Of a DNA stretch of 64,000 nt, positions 28,554-43,400 are shown one piece after another. The number at the start of each line of letters is the position of its first letter. Positions within the stretch are counted from its first letter, which is position 1. Made by a program: the position numbers and the translations under genes. The notes beneath the pieces were generated by a model. The model searched no databases. It saw nothing but the letters and a program-made list of their open reading frames with translations, and had not been told where the DNA came from. The stretch is from Eledone cirrhosa (Eukaryota). Location: assembly GCA_964016885.1 (NCBI GenBank), contig OZ024745.1, positions 34,906,001 through 34,970,000 of the forward strand. The letters are read 5' to 3'.

Positions 28554-30846
28554 ACAAATTGTAGGAATAGTTAAGATAGACAGGAATAAATGGCTGTAGG
28601 AATTAACAGCTGCTAAAGATAAATAAAATAAGTAAAAAAATATAAAACAAAAAATATTTGTAGATAATATTTATATAGTAATAAAGGGGAGATATCTCTA
28701 TATAAGAAAAACCTAACAAATTACAGTAGCTTTAAACAATTCAAAGTTGTTTTATACTTGAACTTTACACTAAGCACAAGACTTAGTAGGTTGGGTGTAA
28801 TCATTTCAACTGGCTGTGCAGGGCTTTGAACTTAGAATATAAAGAAAAGGCCTCCTTCAGTCATGACTGGTTAGAGATTTTATATGTCTAACTGATGGAC
28901 CTGGCAATCACTCATGCTTCATGATACAATTGTTGTTCAACAGAAAAGCAAGGCCAATACTGTTGCAACTCATGTGGACTGAAGCAATATGAATTACAGT
29001 GACTTACTCAAGGACACAGCACACCAACCAGTATAGGAATCGAATTCACAAATATGATTGCAAACCCATCACTGTAACCACTAAGCCATGTACCTTCACT
29101 ATAAGACTCCACTTTAAATATAAAGCGATAATGAGTAGGATGATGGGAAATATTTCTGAGAAGTAAAAGTAAAAATGGCCTTAATTTAGAAGCGATATAC
29201 AGTATATGAAGAGAGAGAGAGAGAAAGGGTGAGAGAGACTGGGATCAAAAGAAAGAGTGCATACATCTCCTACTCTGCTTCAACAGTTATTTCTATCTCA
29301 GTGTGAAGATGGTCTTCTTCGGTTGAGGTAGATTGGCATCATCTTGTCAAATAGATTTTTAGATGTATCTCTGTTTTATATTATAAATCTCAAGTTAGTA
29401 TTTAACTGTAGCTTTCATTGAAATGAGCAAGTAAATAATTCAATCACCTGGAACCAATGAAGATCATTGCTGGTCATTTGATAATGCTCAAAAATTTTTT
29501 AATTTAATGCCAATTTCCTGATGGTTTTTTTCTTCTTCTCAGAATTTTCATTTATTTTCTCAATACTCAATATGTAATAATATTTTCTTTGGTCATAATT
29601 TCTGTTTCAAACATTTTTTTTTTCTTTTTTTTTTTTTCTTTTTTTTTTTTCGAAATATAAGGAAATTTTCTTTCCTAAACAATGATTTAGACAATATATA
29701 TATAAAGCCTGAAAGTTCAGCCTTTTTATCATAAAGGTTGATTTACAGTGAAACTTTTTTTTTTTAATTAAAACCTGAGAATAGAAATTTGATTAGGGCA
29801 TTAATATATAAAACACATCAGAGGAAAAAAAAAAAGAAACCATGAAGCTGTTTGTAAAGTTGTCATTGAATAGTTAGCTATGAATTTGAAAATTGATTGC
29901 AATGTAGCTAAAAGACAGCTGAAGGTGAAAGATGAAAATTCAACCATTTACATACATACAGTAAACTTCAACAATGGGTGCAACTTTCAAATACACATAT
30001 ATGCACTCATGCATGTATGTAGTCACACAACCATTTTTTCCTAATCTTTTGTACAGGACAATGCATTCTTCATACCTAATAGTTGTAACTGAAATGTTTG
30101 TCTTTATGTCAAGCAGTTGTTTAAACTGTTTATTGCAGCCTATAGAACCATATATTTGTACACTGAAATTTGGTTAAGTACTGCCAAATATTTTAAGTAT
30201 TCAATATTCAGCTTTCCAGACATTGAGCAATGAATCGTTATAGTTAAAAAGACAACAAGAAATAATCTGCAAAGAAGGAAGCAATTAATTCTATACATGA
30301 AAAATGGATGCTGTCACATCAAACTTGGTTCTTTGAGTATTACAGCATATGGAATTTTGTTGTTTGCTTTATCATTTTGAAGGAAATGAAGTAGAGGAAC
30401 ATAATACTTACTGTGGTTTTGAAACATTACCAGCACTATTCAGCAGTGACAGCAAGAGACCAGGTATGAATTCAGCTTGTTGTAGCAGTAGTAGTAGTAG
30501 TAACTAGCCTGTAGTGAACACCACTGGCCATAACAGACCCATATAACAGAAAAAACTGAGATTTGTTTAGGTTTACCAACAAAGTTAATACTGTGTTGGC
30601 TGTTAAACATTAATTTCTTAAATACTACTAAAAGGTTTGACTTTCAAATATACAAATACACTTGCTTTCCTCTTAACCAGTCATATTACTGGAAGTACCA
30701 GGAAAGAAAGACTCAGCATCCAAACTATTCATGTTGCTGAAAGCTAAAACACGTCCAGCTTCTCTAATCTCAGTTTGCTGTTGTAGTTTTCAAAGTAGGA
30801 AGTAAAAGTTTATCTTTTATTTATCTATTTATTTAGTTACTGCCTG

Positions 30847-30960
30847 TCACCTGGAAATTGTCTTCACAAAGCCATCAATATTGAGTCCAAGCTGCTGACA
30901 ACGCTGGATGATCTGCAGCACATTGGACTTGGCTCCAATAGTCACTTCAAACAACAGGAA
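30847..30960 (-). CDS. ZFC3H1: ZFC3H1 last coding exon FLLFEVTIGAKSNVLQIIQRCQQLGLNIDGFVKTISR*
   Basis: Matches the C-terminal LLFEA...KCQEIGV; TGA at 30847-30849; AATAAA on the minus strand at about 30816-30821. Confidence 0.9.
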   Translation of the reverse strand, partial: FLLFEVTIGAKSNVLQIIQRCQQLGLNIDGFVKTISR

Positions 30961-31522
30961 CTAGATAAAGATAATAAAACAGAGAAAGAGAAAAATATGA
31001 AGTGAGAAGATATGAACTGAAGGAGAAAGAACTGGAATAAACAATGGTTATCAACATGATACTAATTCTCAACAGAATATAACAATTTTATTAATGTATT
31101 AAAGTTACACTTAGAAATACAATGTTAACAAAACTTACTAAAACAATTTTCTTAGAGGTTGAGGATAGAATTACTAAATTAGGCTGCAAAATGCAAGAAC
31201 AACAAGAAGCAATTTAAGGCCTTTTGTCCCCTTTAAAGCCAGATGTTAGCCTTGCAGGTTTGATAACTCATCATGGAGTTGTTCTTTTTTAAAATGTTTC
31301 ATAGCCAGATTCCCTTCTTAGTGCTAACCATTTTAGTTGCCTCTTTTAACATGTAAGGATGTATTGTATCTATTCTAAGACAGATAGATACACATAAAGC
31401 AACCAGTTTATATTAGCTGACTTTTCTTTGACTTTACAAATTAACTGGTGTAAAAGCAAGTACAACAGTTGAAATGATTGAACTTAAAGAATGTTTTGGT
31501 TTCAATAAATGAAGGAGTGTTG

Positions 31523-32269
31523 CTGTATATACTTGAATATAAGCCACCCCCACCCCCACATTATGTCTGAGAAATTAGCCAAAAGTCCAGCCGAGGGAGC
31601 TAATTAACACACTATGTTTAGATGGTGTGGTTTTGAAATTCTTGAGTATAAGATATATTTATGAAGTTTTAATATTTGATGTTTTTAAATGTTTCATAAC
31701 TATTACGTAATGCTTTTTTCCAATTTCATCAATTTTATAAATTTTCTCAAATTTTTGTTTATTTCTGGCCACTCACATGCTGAGAGGAGTTGAAAGTAAG
31801 AGATTGAATAAGAGAACATGGTATAGGGATTCATAGAGTAAAAGGGAGAGGAAGAGTCAGCAAGTGAGAGGAATAGAAACTAGTCAGAAGATTTCATTCA
31901 ATCTTACATAAGATTGAAAGAAAGAATATTATTAAGTCAGAGAAAAAAAGTTGGCGTGCATGTGCATGCATATGTGTGTGTGTATGGGCATATATGTGAT
32001 ATTTATGTATTAAAAAGTTCAAATTATAAAAATTTGTTGAAAACATTTTCAAAGGAATGCATCAATAACACTAATGACGATGTAGTAAATGTAGAAAAAC
32101 AGTGTTTCATTGTCAACTAATCACTCCAGATATTTTAGCACCTCGTTTATGTAGAATTTGAAGTTGGTGAAAATTGGCAAAATATTGACCTCGAATATAA
32201 GCTGAGCCCGCATTTTATCATCGATTTTTTGGGGGTCATATTTTTCAGCTTATATATGAGTATATATGG
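31523..32269. mobile_element. Tc1/pogo(Tigger)-like non-autonomous element
   Basis: Degenerate TIRs ctgtatatacttgaatataagcc / agcttatatatgagtatatatgg|ta. Confidence 0.55.
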
Positions 32270-32874
32270 TAAGTCAACTAAATAAGACTTATACACACTT
32301 TAAGTTGGGAAAACAATTTACGAAACATAAATAAAATGTCAATTCAATACAGTGACATAGTAGAGTCAAATATATGTATAACTAAGAATATGTACAAAGA
32401 CTAGTCCCTAAAAAAATTGTACTGATGTAAACTTTTCTTATGTAGAAAACTGCAAATGAAATTGGACATTATATAAGAACAATTATGAGCTGAAGTTACA
32501 AAGTAAAAAAAATCTAATCAAATAAACAGAATCGATAAAGAACATTTTCTTCGGGAAGTAAATACTTAGAAAGAAGGTAACATTACAAAAACAGATTTAT
32601 GTAGTAGTAAAATATATTTAGAAGAGAATCAACATACAAATAGAAACTAACTGGTTTCCACCATTGGAACATAAGCTAATTAAAAAAAAAAAACAGGTGA
32701 GTATTGAAAAGAATTTAAAACTAATTAAAACCGGTAATACTAGCTTGCTTTTAGCTGCAGGTAAAATAATGTAATGGCACTGTATACACACTCCCCACCA
32801 ACCATCTAGACTAGATTCTGTCGGGACTATGCATAAAGGGAGAGGGGTTAAAAATTGATAAAAATCTTTGTTAC

Positions 32875-32937
32875 ATGTTTCCACAATGATACAGCATAGG
32901 GTAGCACTCGGACAGCTTTGATGAATAGTTGTTGCAC
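32875..32937 (-). CDS. ZFC3H1: ZFC3H1 exon VQQLFIKAVRVLPYAVSLWKH
   Basis: Matches VHRLYQRALQKLPLCASLWKD; ttgcag/gtaaca. Confidence 0.92.
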
Positions 32938-34870
32938 CTGCAAGCAGAGTAGGTAATGACTGATTTGTGCAGATATTTCAAATATTGAAGGCAAAAAAAA
33001 GAAAATGATATTGAGAGAAAGAAGTTTAATGAAAATCAAAGAAGTCATCATTTGACTTCATCTGGTAAAAGTTTGATCCAGAACCTCATTAAATTAGGGG
33101 TTTAAATTGCTCACTTTCAGTATTTCACCATGAATTTGTTGATAGAGCACAAAGGAGGAAAAGATACTCTGTATGAAGTGATGAATATATTTCAGAATCA
33201 ACATATACTAATCAGCCATGTGTATTTATCTGCTATCAAGCAAATGAGATTGTATGGAAGTAGGAGGCTGTCAAATGACAGTAAGAGTAGTAAAATGAAA
33301 GTAAGCAGAAGGATGAGGTGTTTATCAGGCTGCTGGCAGTAACAAAAATTACCCATTAATCTTTCCATGTTTTATAAATACTGTAATATTTCTGTAAATA
33401 TCTCATTGTTTTAATATTTTATAACTATTACATTATTTGGTGGACCAATGAAAATGTTATAAGTAAAAACACTATTGTTTTTGACAACACACATGTATTT
33501 TTGATAGGTAGCATCTATGTTTATTAATTATTGGTAGTGTTATATAGTTATACATAATTGAGAAACTTTTAAGTAAGAAATTTAGTCATGGTTTCATCAG
33601 TTATTTTAAACAGATGCACCATAGTCTATAATAAATATCATGTGATGTCACTTTTGATGACTTGGGTACATAGTTATATATTTAGATATATAATGTAGAA
33701 CAGTGACTATTGTATACTAAATCATTCAAAGATTTAAGTATAAGACAGGTTCTATCAAGACTCGGGTTTGAAACAGTTTTCCAGATTTTCAAATATAAAT
33801 AAAGTTATTTCATTATTGATTATAAAACATGTAATATTCAAGTTGAGGTATATAACAGGATAAGTTTGTTGTATGCTTTAACAAGTGCCAATTTACTGTG
33901 TGCGTGTGTGTGTGTAGCAGCAAAGGGGATCAACGCTGGTCATTGAAGGGGCCTAATTCTTTTTGATGTAGTTTTCTCCGTTGTTATAGTAGAGAGAACA
34001 TGCTATGAGAGCTGATTGATAAGACATCAAGCTTCCATTCCCTATTTCACTTGAAACATGGCATAAAGTATAAAACAAACAACATACATAAACTAAGAAA
34101 AAAAATACAATGTAACAGTGAATCATAAATAGAAATTGTTGAGTTCCTTCAGTTCTGTGTTAATAAGACCTGAAATAAAAGAGGAAAGCCACAAAACTCA
34201 TACAAATTCAATATACTAGAGGCTTTAAATATTTCAGTCTCATCTTGGGATCTTCAGCAATGTCAATTAAATTATTTGGAAATATAATAAAAACAGATGA
34301 TTTCATATCTACAGACAACCCCACACAGACATATCTAGATACAATAGCACACAGTTGTTTAGATAGAACCCAAGGCCCAATATCTCAAGGATTTAACAAG
34401 TAAGCTTCATAATAAAAAGAAATGCTGAAAAAATAAGAGATGGATAACAAAACAAATAAAAAGTGCCATAATATATTTTCATATAAATAGATATGTGCAT
34501 ACATTCATTATTATTCAATTACAAATAAATTTAACAATACAAATTCAAAACAAATATTTATGCTAATGTAAAAGATCTTGTTTGAATAGTCAGTCCCTAG
34601 TTGAAAGCAAAATTATAAGTATTTGTTTTGGATAATTATTCAATCAGAATTATTTAACATAAGCCATTTACATGTTTGTACATACATACTTCTATTTTCT
34701 CAGTACACAGATGAAACTGACTAAGTTACAATTTTTCACTATTATTTTAGAAATAATACTATCATAGATGTATTAAATCTATCCACATCAATTTAATATT
34801 CTTTCTCATATTTAGAGCTAGCTTGTTCTTTCTGTGTAAGAAGATAAAATGAGGCTAAGTAAATACTAAC

Positions 34871-34910
34871 CTCAATCTGGTTACATCTAAGCACTGTCAA
34901 TGCAGTCACT
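34871..34910 (-). CDS. ZFC3H1: ZFC3H1 40-nt exon VTALTVLRCNQIE
   Basis: ttattttcag/gttagt; bridges phase 2 to phase 0; aligns to IAIAAEIVLKGQRE. Confidence 0.85.
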
Positions 34911-35822
34911 CTGAAAATAAATAGGACAGGGCATTAGTAAACCTAAACCACATAAAACATGACAATTGAAATGTGTTTCTTCAACTGAGAAATCATCTTT
35001 CATTCTAAAAGAGAAAACAAAATTATACAACTCTTCCATTATTGATGATAATGATAACCATATATGATGATTCTTGTAGTAAAACTTATAAAAACCGTTT
35101 TACTTTCAGCTTTAAGCTATTTATTAAAAAAATATATTGTGTATTACTTGAAATAATGGACGATCTTATAAATTGGCTTCAGCTTTATAGAAGAAATGTT
35201 CAACAGGGTATATGTGGTTGGTTTATCTTGAATTAAACCAAATCCTGACTTAAGAGTTGTTAAAATGTGATCAAATTACAATATTGAATAGTCATATGCA
35301 AACATGGTAAATGGGTGTTAAACAGTGATGACGAGGATATCATCATTTTTACATTTGATTTTCCATGCTGGCATGGACTGGATGACATAACTCTTACTTC
35401 TAAAGTAAGGAGGAACACATTGTTTATGCAGGACTGGCTATCTGAGCAACGCAAAAGCAAAACAAGAAACAAATATATTTCATCATCACCATCTTAAACA
35501 TCTGTTTTTTTCCTTGCTAGCAAACACACACACACACACACATACTAAGTCACAGCTCATTATAAACTCGTTTGAAGAGTGCATCTAAGCACAAAAGTCC
35601 TGGCCATCAAATCATTGGTAGAGTCTCACAGCTATAATAAAATATACATCATTCTACCCATGTAATGAGTTTTGTTTCTCTTGTTTGACCTTCTGCACAG
35701 TTAGGTTATATTAAAAGACACTTGCCCAAGGTACCACTCAGACAAGCTTACATCTATTAGCTAGAGTCTTTGTAATATTTTGAGCAACAATCAATTATTA
35801 AAAGTTTAAATAAGCTCCTTAC

Positions 35823-35924
35823 TTGTTCCACAAACTGATACATGGAAGTTTTTCATGGACCCCAGTTTGACAAAATGACAAAGCTCTCCACATATCATTA
35901 CAGCTGACAGCCAGGTCAACAGCT
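35823..35924 (-). CDS. ZFC3H1: ZFC3H1 exon AVDLAVSCNDMWRALSFCQ...LPCISLWNK
   Basis: ttcaccag/gtaagg; phase 2/2; P-x-C-x-x-x-W-like HAT motif. Confidence 0.88.
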
Positions 35925-36063
35925 CTGGTGAAAAAGGGGGAAAGATAAAACAAATTTGCAAGAATTAAGAAAAATGAGTGAAAATATTTCAAACATTCTT
36001 GTATACTATGAAATCCTCAAAGTGTGTTCAATAAAAAATATATGTATATACAATGGATATTAC

Positions 36064-36321
36064 CTGAGTATTAGTTTAATGTTGTTTGGTATGATAGAAA
36101 TGAATTTATCATAAGCAGCCATCTTCTGTTCAGTGGATTCCAGACAGTTAATATAAAGATCAATGATTTTGTTGTGATGGTGGTGGTCGTGCCAGTTTTG
36201 TGCAGTGGAAGACTCTACTCGACTTGGAAGGCAAGTTAAACAACGAATAACAAGGCTTTGAAGCTTATCAGCAGCACTATTTCCTTCTTGAGCTGCTTGC
36301 CGAATTTGGTAGTTCAAGTAA
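36064..36321 (-). CDS. ZFC3H1: ZFC3H1 exon YLNYQIR...LVIRCLTCLPSR...WHDHHHHNKIIDLYINC...IPNNIKLILR
   Basis: Matches LVNRCLVTVPAR...HNRVIFFYLSC...PANSGLALR; phase 2/2. Confidence 0.93.
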
Positions 36322-36567
36322 CTGAAAGACGAAAATCACAAATTTATTTGCACTTAATTTTGTTTAGCACAAGATCAGTAAAGATCAAAGGTGTATCAAC
36401 TTTGACTATCCAGTCTTTCTTTTATTCGGACATGATTGGTGCTCACATAAAGATGACTAAATGATAAAAGTTAGATTTATTTGCACACTATCATTGCTGT
36501 TGCATTTTCTGCTTCTGACTAAGCCATAAAACCATAAATAAACAAATAAGAAAAAATTAGGACTTAC

Positions 36568-36672
36568 TGTAGCCAAACTTGAGCAATATCTGGAGTTGAT
36601 TTCATAGTTGACAAAGCAGTTTCATATTCTTCAATAGCCTGGCTATAATCTCCTTGTAACTCCAGTAATAAA
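36568..36672 (-). CDS. ZFC3H1: ZFC3H1 exon LLLELQGDYSQAIEEYETAL...DIAQVWL
   Basis: Matches VEAYEAAL...DIVQKIW; tgttag/gtaagt; phase 2/2. Confidence 0.92.
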
Positions 36673-36812
36673 CTAACAAAAACAAAACAATACAAGAGAG
36701 GAATATTAGAATTTGAAATTGTTTTTAAAAAATAAAATGGAATGACAAATATACTGTAAAATGTGTACCAGCAGATAAGTCGCACCTCAAAAAAAAAATA
36801 TAAAATAAATAA

Positions 36813-38420
36813 ACGCAACCATGCCTCTCCTGGTCTTTATGGTGTTACGTACCTGCTTCTGAAACGTGGTGGGTACTTCCTTCTGCACCAGTTATCACGC
36901 TTCTTCCAATTCTGTCTGAACAACGGTGCTACTCCAGAACAGTGGAAAACTGCCAGTGTCATTCCTCTGTTCAAAAAGGGTGACCGCACATCACCTGTGA
37001 ACTATCGTCCAGTCAGTCTTACTAGTTGCATTGCCAAACTGATGGAATCCTGTGTCAGAGAAACACTTTGGAACTTCTGGAACTCTCACAGTCTTATCCG
37101 ACCCTCGTAATTTGGATTTATCCCCAACTCCAGCTGTAATCAACTTATCGAGTCTTGAAGACATCACCCGGATCACTGATGGCGGCTCATGGGTGGATGT
37201 TTTTTACCTTGACTTTGCGAAAGCTTTCAATTGTGCCACACAAAAGGCTTATGGCAAAACTCTCTGCAATGGGTGTGAAGGATGATCTTTTTAACTGGTT
37301 GAAGTCCTTTATTCTCAGTCGAAGAGAGGTAGTCACAGTTCTGGGACAGCATTCCTCACCATATGAGATGTCATCTGGTGTACCACAGGGATCTGTTCTT
37401 GGCCCCCTTTTGTTTGTGGCATATATTAATGACATAGATGCCAACTTAAAGAATGCCACAGTACTAAAGTACGCAGATGACATCAAGCTGTACCTTGAGA
37501 TAAAAAGGACAGATCCTGAACACTATAGATCTTGCTGGCAGTCTGACCTGGACAAAATGCAACAATAGATCTGACTGGCAACTCAAGCTAGCTGTGGACA
37601 AGTGTACCACCATGCATTTTGGGAGTAAAAACCCAGCGTCCACACACTCCCTCCACAGCACTAATATCAAGAAGCCTTCTTGTGAACGTGACCTGGGCAT
37701 TATGGTCAGCAGCGATTTGCGTTGGACGAAGCACGTCTCTAAAATTATCAAGAGGGCCGAGGGTGTCCTAGCATCACTCAGCAAGACCTTTGTCAGCCGC
37801 TCTCCAGCTATCTATTTAAGGCTGTACATGGCTATGGTGTGGCCACACTTGCATCACCAGTCTGGAACCCCTATCTTGCTCAGAACATTGACCGCCTGGA
37901 AACTGTTCAGAGACATGCAACCAAGCGAATACCCTCCATCAAGCATCTACCATACTCTGAGCGCCCTGCTTCCCTGGGCATGGATACATTGAAGCTCCGA
38001 CGCCTGGCAACTGACGTGGTAAACACCCACAAAATTGTTAACCATCTTGCCAACAACCCCAAGTACCTTTTTGATTTCCATGTGTCTAACACACGTGGAC
38101 ATGCCCACAAAGTCAGAAAACAGCTCAGTTCCCATGACTTTTGGAAACATTTTTTCACGCTCAGAGTTGCTGAAGCATGGAACAAACTACCTGCATCAGT
38201 TGTTAGCTGTCGAGACACTGCATCCTTTAAAACCTCCATGCTTCCCGAGATTCGCCACCACTACACCTAATGTTCCCCCTCCATACACACATGTATATCA
38301 TGACTCATACACTATTCACTTCCCTGACATTTCTGTATTTTTCTATGTACTATACATGCACCTTTGACGAGTTGTAGTGCACCTGAGCACTTTACACAAT
38401 AATTTCATTATTATTATTTT
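36813..38420 (+). mobile_element. 5'-truncated CR1/L2-group LINE (RT + 3'UTR + (ATT)n tail)
   Basis: IPLFKKG, NYRPVSLTS, DFAKAF, GVPQGSVLGPLLF, YADD, RDLG, WNKLP. Confidence 0.92.
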
Positions 38421-38828
38421 TTATTATTTATTCAACATACATTTATAATACAATACACATGTTTTAAACCCATTTTTTCATGCTAAAGCAAAGGTTAGCC
38501 TTGCTGGCTCCCATGGCATAAAATCTTTTTCCATCAATGTTATTATATAGACAGATGCATTTCCTAGTGCTAACCGTTTAAGTCACTTTTTATGTCAATG
38601 TACTATACACATATCTGTAATATACCATACATTTTGAATTAAGGTTTTGTAGGTCCATTGCTTCTTCATGTATTTCCATGAAAAAAAAAGTCACTTTATG
38701 CATTTAAACTACACTACATTATGCTATTAAACTATACAACATGAGATGAGAAAGATAATTTGTGAAGAAACTATATAATTATACTACAGCAAATATAAGA
38801 GGAGAAAAATAATGGTTTTGGTACATAC

Positions 38829-38939
38829 CAGTATGCAAGCCATAAATATAGTTGGTTCTTTTGAATAACTTCTGGAGATATATTTTCACTATATTCAGGT
38901 AATTTATAGTCAAGAGGAATTGTCTGACGAAGTAGGCAA
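38829..38939 (-). CDS. ZFC3H1: ZFC3H1 exon CLLRQTIPLDYKLP...QLYLWLAYC
   Basis: YLWL-x-YC matches vertebrate PYLWLIYC; phase 2/2. Confidence 0.9.
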
Positions 38940-39975
38940 CTGGTGAAAAATTAAATTAAAAATTTAGGAACAATAAAAAAACTTCAGTTGAGCAATACAA
39001 AAGGAAGTAACTAGTTTATGGAAAAATAATTCTCATTCAAGGTAACTAAAAATTACTGGCTCTTTCGATAAATTGTGTCACATTCTTGGCAATGAAATCT
39101 ATGCCTTTTCAAGTCTTCATTAACACTTTTGATACGAAACTGCCCCTAGTTCTATGATACCAAAATTGTTTAATTCTAAATGTTCATATTTATATGAAAA
39201 CTTTTAATTATAATTTTATGGAAAGATCTTTAAGTACCAGCCTAATAATGAGAAAGTTAGATATATCACAAATCCACTTCAGATTTTTGATTTAGTTAGA
39301 AAATTGTTTGAAAGTCATAGGTAGCATCTTTCATTAGAAATTGAAAAATTGCCTAACAAAGAGTCAAGGGGACTTTTCAGTTGTGCCAAAGATATGACAA
39401 CTGCCCTAGTGCTGGTACCATGATAAAATGCACCAAATATATCCTGCAGAGTGTAGGAATGTATGCAAGCAAGATGCAGACCCTGGCTCATCAGAGAACC
39501 CAGTAGGACCGATTAAATACCGACTTCATCTGTGAAGGCCTGTCCAATCCTTGTTAGCAAGGAAAATGGACAGTAAATGATTTAATATTATTATAGTTGA
39601 GTTTAGTAAAATATAGCAGAATGGAGTGTGTATTTCTACTAATTGACAACATTGGCAACAGAGATTACAAAGTGTAGGTTAATGCTAACAATAGACAAAT
39701 TGTTAAGAGTTAGAGATAACAAAAAAATTTCAGTTGCAATAATTTTATTAAACTGAACAAAAGCAGGGTCTGTTCAGATAGTCAACAAATATGGACTGAT
39801 CTGATATGTAAAAAAAAAAAAAAAAATGTCTAAAAACAAACATCACTCTGACCCATTTAGTTTCAGACCATGTCAACTTGTTTAATTCATGGCAGCATGA
39901 TGATGGTGATGGTGATGGTAATGATGGTAATAGCAACTGAAATGGTAATGATGAAGATTATTATTATTATCTTAC

Positions 39976-40073
39976 CAATAAAGAATGTTTGGATCACGTC
40001 TATCATTAATATCTATCAAGAAACACGATATTGATGCCTGCTCCAGATACCGTAATGCACAATCAGAATCAGT
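39976..40073 (-). CDS. ZFC3H1: ZFC3H1 exon TDSDCALRYLEQ...DPNILY
   Basis: ttttcag/gtaaga; phase 0/2. Confidence 0.85.
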
Positions 40074-40112
40074 CTGAAAATAAAACAAAGCAAAGTCAGT
40101 AAGAAAAAAATA

Positions 40113-40165
<53 letters not shown>

Positions 40166-40243
40166 CATATTTTAAAATGTCACGAGAAATTTCAAAAGAA
40201 GTGACAAAAATTAAATAAAGATGAACAGAAATGAGGTACTCAC

Positions 40244-40321
40244 CAAACTCAAAGCTAAATGAGAAGCATATAAGTAAAGCTTCGCAGAATAACATCCAGT
40301 TTTCAATGCCTCATCAAATAT
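40244..40321 (-). CDS. ZFC3H1: ZFC3H1 exon IFDEALKTGCYSAKLYLYASHLALSL
   Basis: ctacag/gtgagt; 78 nt; phase 0/0. Confidence 0.85.
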
Positions 40322-40420
40322 CTGTAGAAGACAGTGAAATAAAATTGTAATTATAGGTCAGCATCTATTGCTATTAAAACATGTAGCTCAGCTTCATATG
40401 TAAGAAGTGAGTTGTATATG

Positions 40421-43400
40421 AGGGTGTCTTAGCATCACTCAACAAGACCTTTGTCAGCCGCTCTCCAGCTATCAATTTAAGGCTGTAGATGGCTATGGTG
40501 TTGCCACACTTAGAATTTGCATCACTAGTCTGGAACCCCTATCTTACTCAGAACATTGACCGCCTAGAAACTGTTCAGAGACGTGCAACCAAGCGAATAC
40601 CCTCCATCAGGCATCTACCATACTCTGAACGCCTTACTTCCCTGGGCATGGATACATTGAAGCTCCGACGCCTGGCAACTGACTTGGTAAACACCCACAA
40701 AATTGTTAACCATCTTGCCAACAACAACCCTGAGTACCTTTTTGATTTCCATGTGTCTAACACACGTGGACATGCCCACAAAGTCAGAAAACAGCACAGT
40801 TCCCATGACTTTCAGAAACACTTTTTCGCGCTCAGAGTTGCTGAAGCATGGAACAAACTACCTGCAACAGTTGTTAGCTGTCGAGACACTGCATCCTTTA
40901 AAACCTCCATGCTTCCCGAGATTCGCCACCACTACACCTAATGTTCCCCCTCGATACACATACACACATGTATATCATGACTCATACACTATTCACTTCC
41001 CTGACATTTGTATATTATTCTATCATCATCATCATCATCATCATCATTTTACGTCCGCTTTTCCCTGCTTGCAAGGGTAGGACGGGTCTTATTCAGCACA
41101 GCATCTCTCCACTCGTCACGGTCCCTCGTCATCTCCACCGTGAGCTTCAATGATCTGAGGTCTGTTCTCACCACCTCCGCCCATGTTTTTCGTGGTCTAC
41201 CTCTACCACGTCTTCCTTCAACTGGCATTTCTTCACCCATCGGTCATCCTCCATGCGCATCACATGTCCATACCACCTCAGTCTCCTCTCCCGTACACTA
41301 CATTCTATCCCTCTCAGACACAGTTTCTCTCTCAACACATTTATGCTGGGTCGTTCACGCACATTTACACTGCACATCCAACGGAGCATGCTTGACTCAT
41401 TTCTCTCCAGCCGTCGCATATCCTCTGCGGTTGCTGCCCATGTCTCACTACCATGCAGCATCGCGCTCCTCACACAGGCATCATACAACCGGCCTTTCGT
41501 ACGCAGGGAGAAACCCTTCTTCGTCAACAGAGGAAGCAGCTCCCTAAACTTCTTCCAACCCGTCTTTATTCTAGATACTATGGCCTCGGAACACCCTCCT
41601 CCCATACTAATCTGATCTCCTAGGTACCGGAAGCTATCCACCACTTCTATAGCGCCCTCTCGCATTTGAAAAATGTGTCTATCAGTGCGACTTCTACTGT
41701 CTAATTTCCCTGTACATCTACTGCATACATATTTCTCCCTACCTGTTAGTTTGCCTGCTATCCCGCTACATCTCTTGTGTACCCAGGACCTGCATTGTGT
41801 GCATTTTATAGAATTTATGCCAGTTCCTTTTCTGCATATCGAACATGGCCATTTCCCTGACGGAATCAGGGTTTTGTCCTCTTTTCTACTCATCAACACT
41901 TTTGTCTTAGCTAGATTTACTCTCAGTCCTCTTGCTTCCAACTGCTGTTTCCATAGCCGGAATTTATTCTCTAGCTCCTCTACTGATTCTGCTATAAGAG
42001 CCAGATCGTCAGCATAGAGAAGTTCCCATGGTCTTAAACTCCTCTGTTATGGCTTGGAGGACTATAATGAACAAGAGCGGGCTGAGGACCGAACCCTGAT
42101 GTACTCCTACTTGTATCTGGAATTCCTCACTAAACTCCATTCCTACCCTGACTTTACTGAGAGTACCTCTGTACAAAGTTTGCACTGTCCTCACAAGCCA
42201 TTCCTCAACACCTAGCTTCCTTAGGGACCACCAGATGACAGATCGGGGTACCCTATCAAAGGCCTTCTCTAGGTCAACAAAGGCTAAGTATAGTGGCTTA
42301 TTCTTCTCTAAGAACCTCTCTTGCATTTGTCTCACCAAGAAGAGGGCATCTGTTGTACTCTTCCCAGGCACAAAACCAAACTGCATCTCATCTAGTTTGA
42401 CCCTTTCTCTAATTAGTTGTGCTAAAATCCTTTCTGCCACTTTCATAACCTGATCTATCAGTTTTATACCCCTATAATTGCTCCTCTCCAAAGCATCCCC
42501 TTTACCTTTGTAGCAATTTATGAGAATACTGCTGCACCAGTCTTTGGGTATGACACCACCATATATAGCCTGATTGATGATGCGTGCAACCAGTTTAGTG
42601 CCTACGTCCCCTGATGCCTTCAGCATCTCGGCAACTATTCCCGATGGTCCGGCCGCCTTACCATTTTTCATTTCCCTAATCGCCTCTTGGACCCTATATT
42701 CGTCAATCTCAATAGCTGGTCCCTCTGTCGGATCTACCAAGGGTAATTTTTCTCTCTCTCTCCCATTCGTTCTCCACATTCATCAGTCTCTCATAATGAC
42801 ATTTCCAGGCCTCCTTTTTCTGGTCATTCGTGACACTAAGTACACCGGCATCATCCCGGACACATTTATCTCCAACAACATCCTGATTTGCATTGACACA
42901 CTGCCTTGCAATGTGGAACACCGCACGCCTCTGATCTTCCCGTCGCAGAACATTGGCAAACCTCCTACTCTCTGCCTCCCTGCGTGCTAAGTACACCCGA
43001 CGTCTAGCTTCTCTCTTAGTGGCTGTATATTCTTCCCTACTCCCACCCTTTTTCCAAGCCTTCCATGCTAGTATTTTGTCTCTAATAGCCTTATCTACTG
43101 TGCTGTTCCACCACCAGGTCACTCTCTGTCTGGTTGGAGCTCTGCTCCAGCCACAGGTTTCACCAGTAGCCTGCAGCAAGTTGTCACGTAAGAACTTCCA
43201 GTTATTATCTATGTCATACGTCTCTAAATCGTCTTCTTTTTCGTCATATACATCTTGAAGGGCTTTCCTAAATTTGTATTTTAGTGAAAGGTCTTTTAGC
43301 TTCCAGACCTTTCTTCTCCACACCTTCCTATATGTCTCATTCCATCTCTTGCTTACTGAGATATCACTAACAACTAACCTATGCTGTGGGGTACATTCTT

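Noticed and set aside
34149-34169. Strong minus-strand acceptor giving an alternative end VLLTQN*
   Set aside because: The conserved C-terminal exons lie downstream; only a splice-like motif supports it
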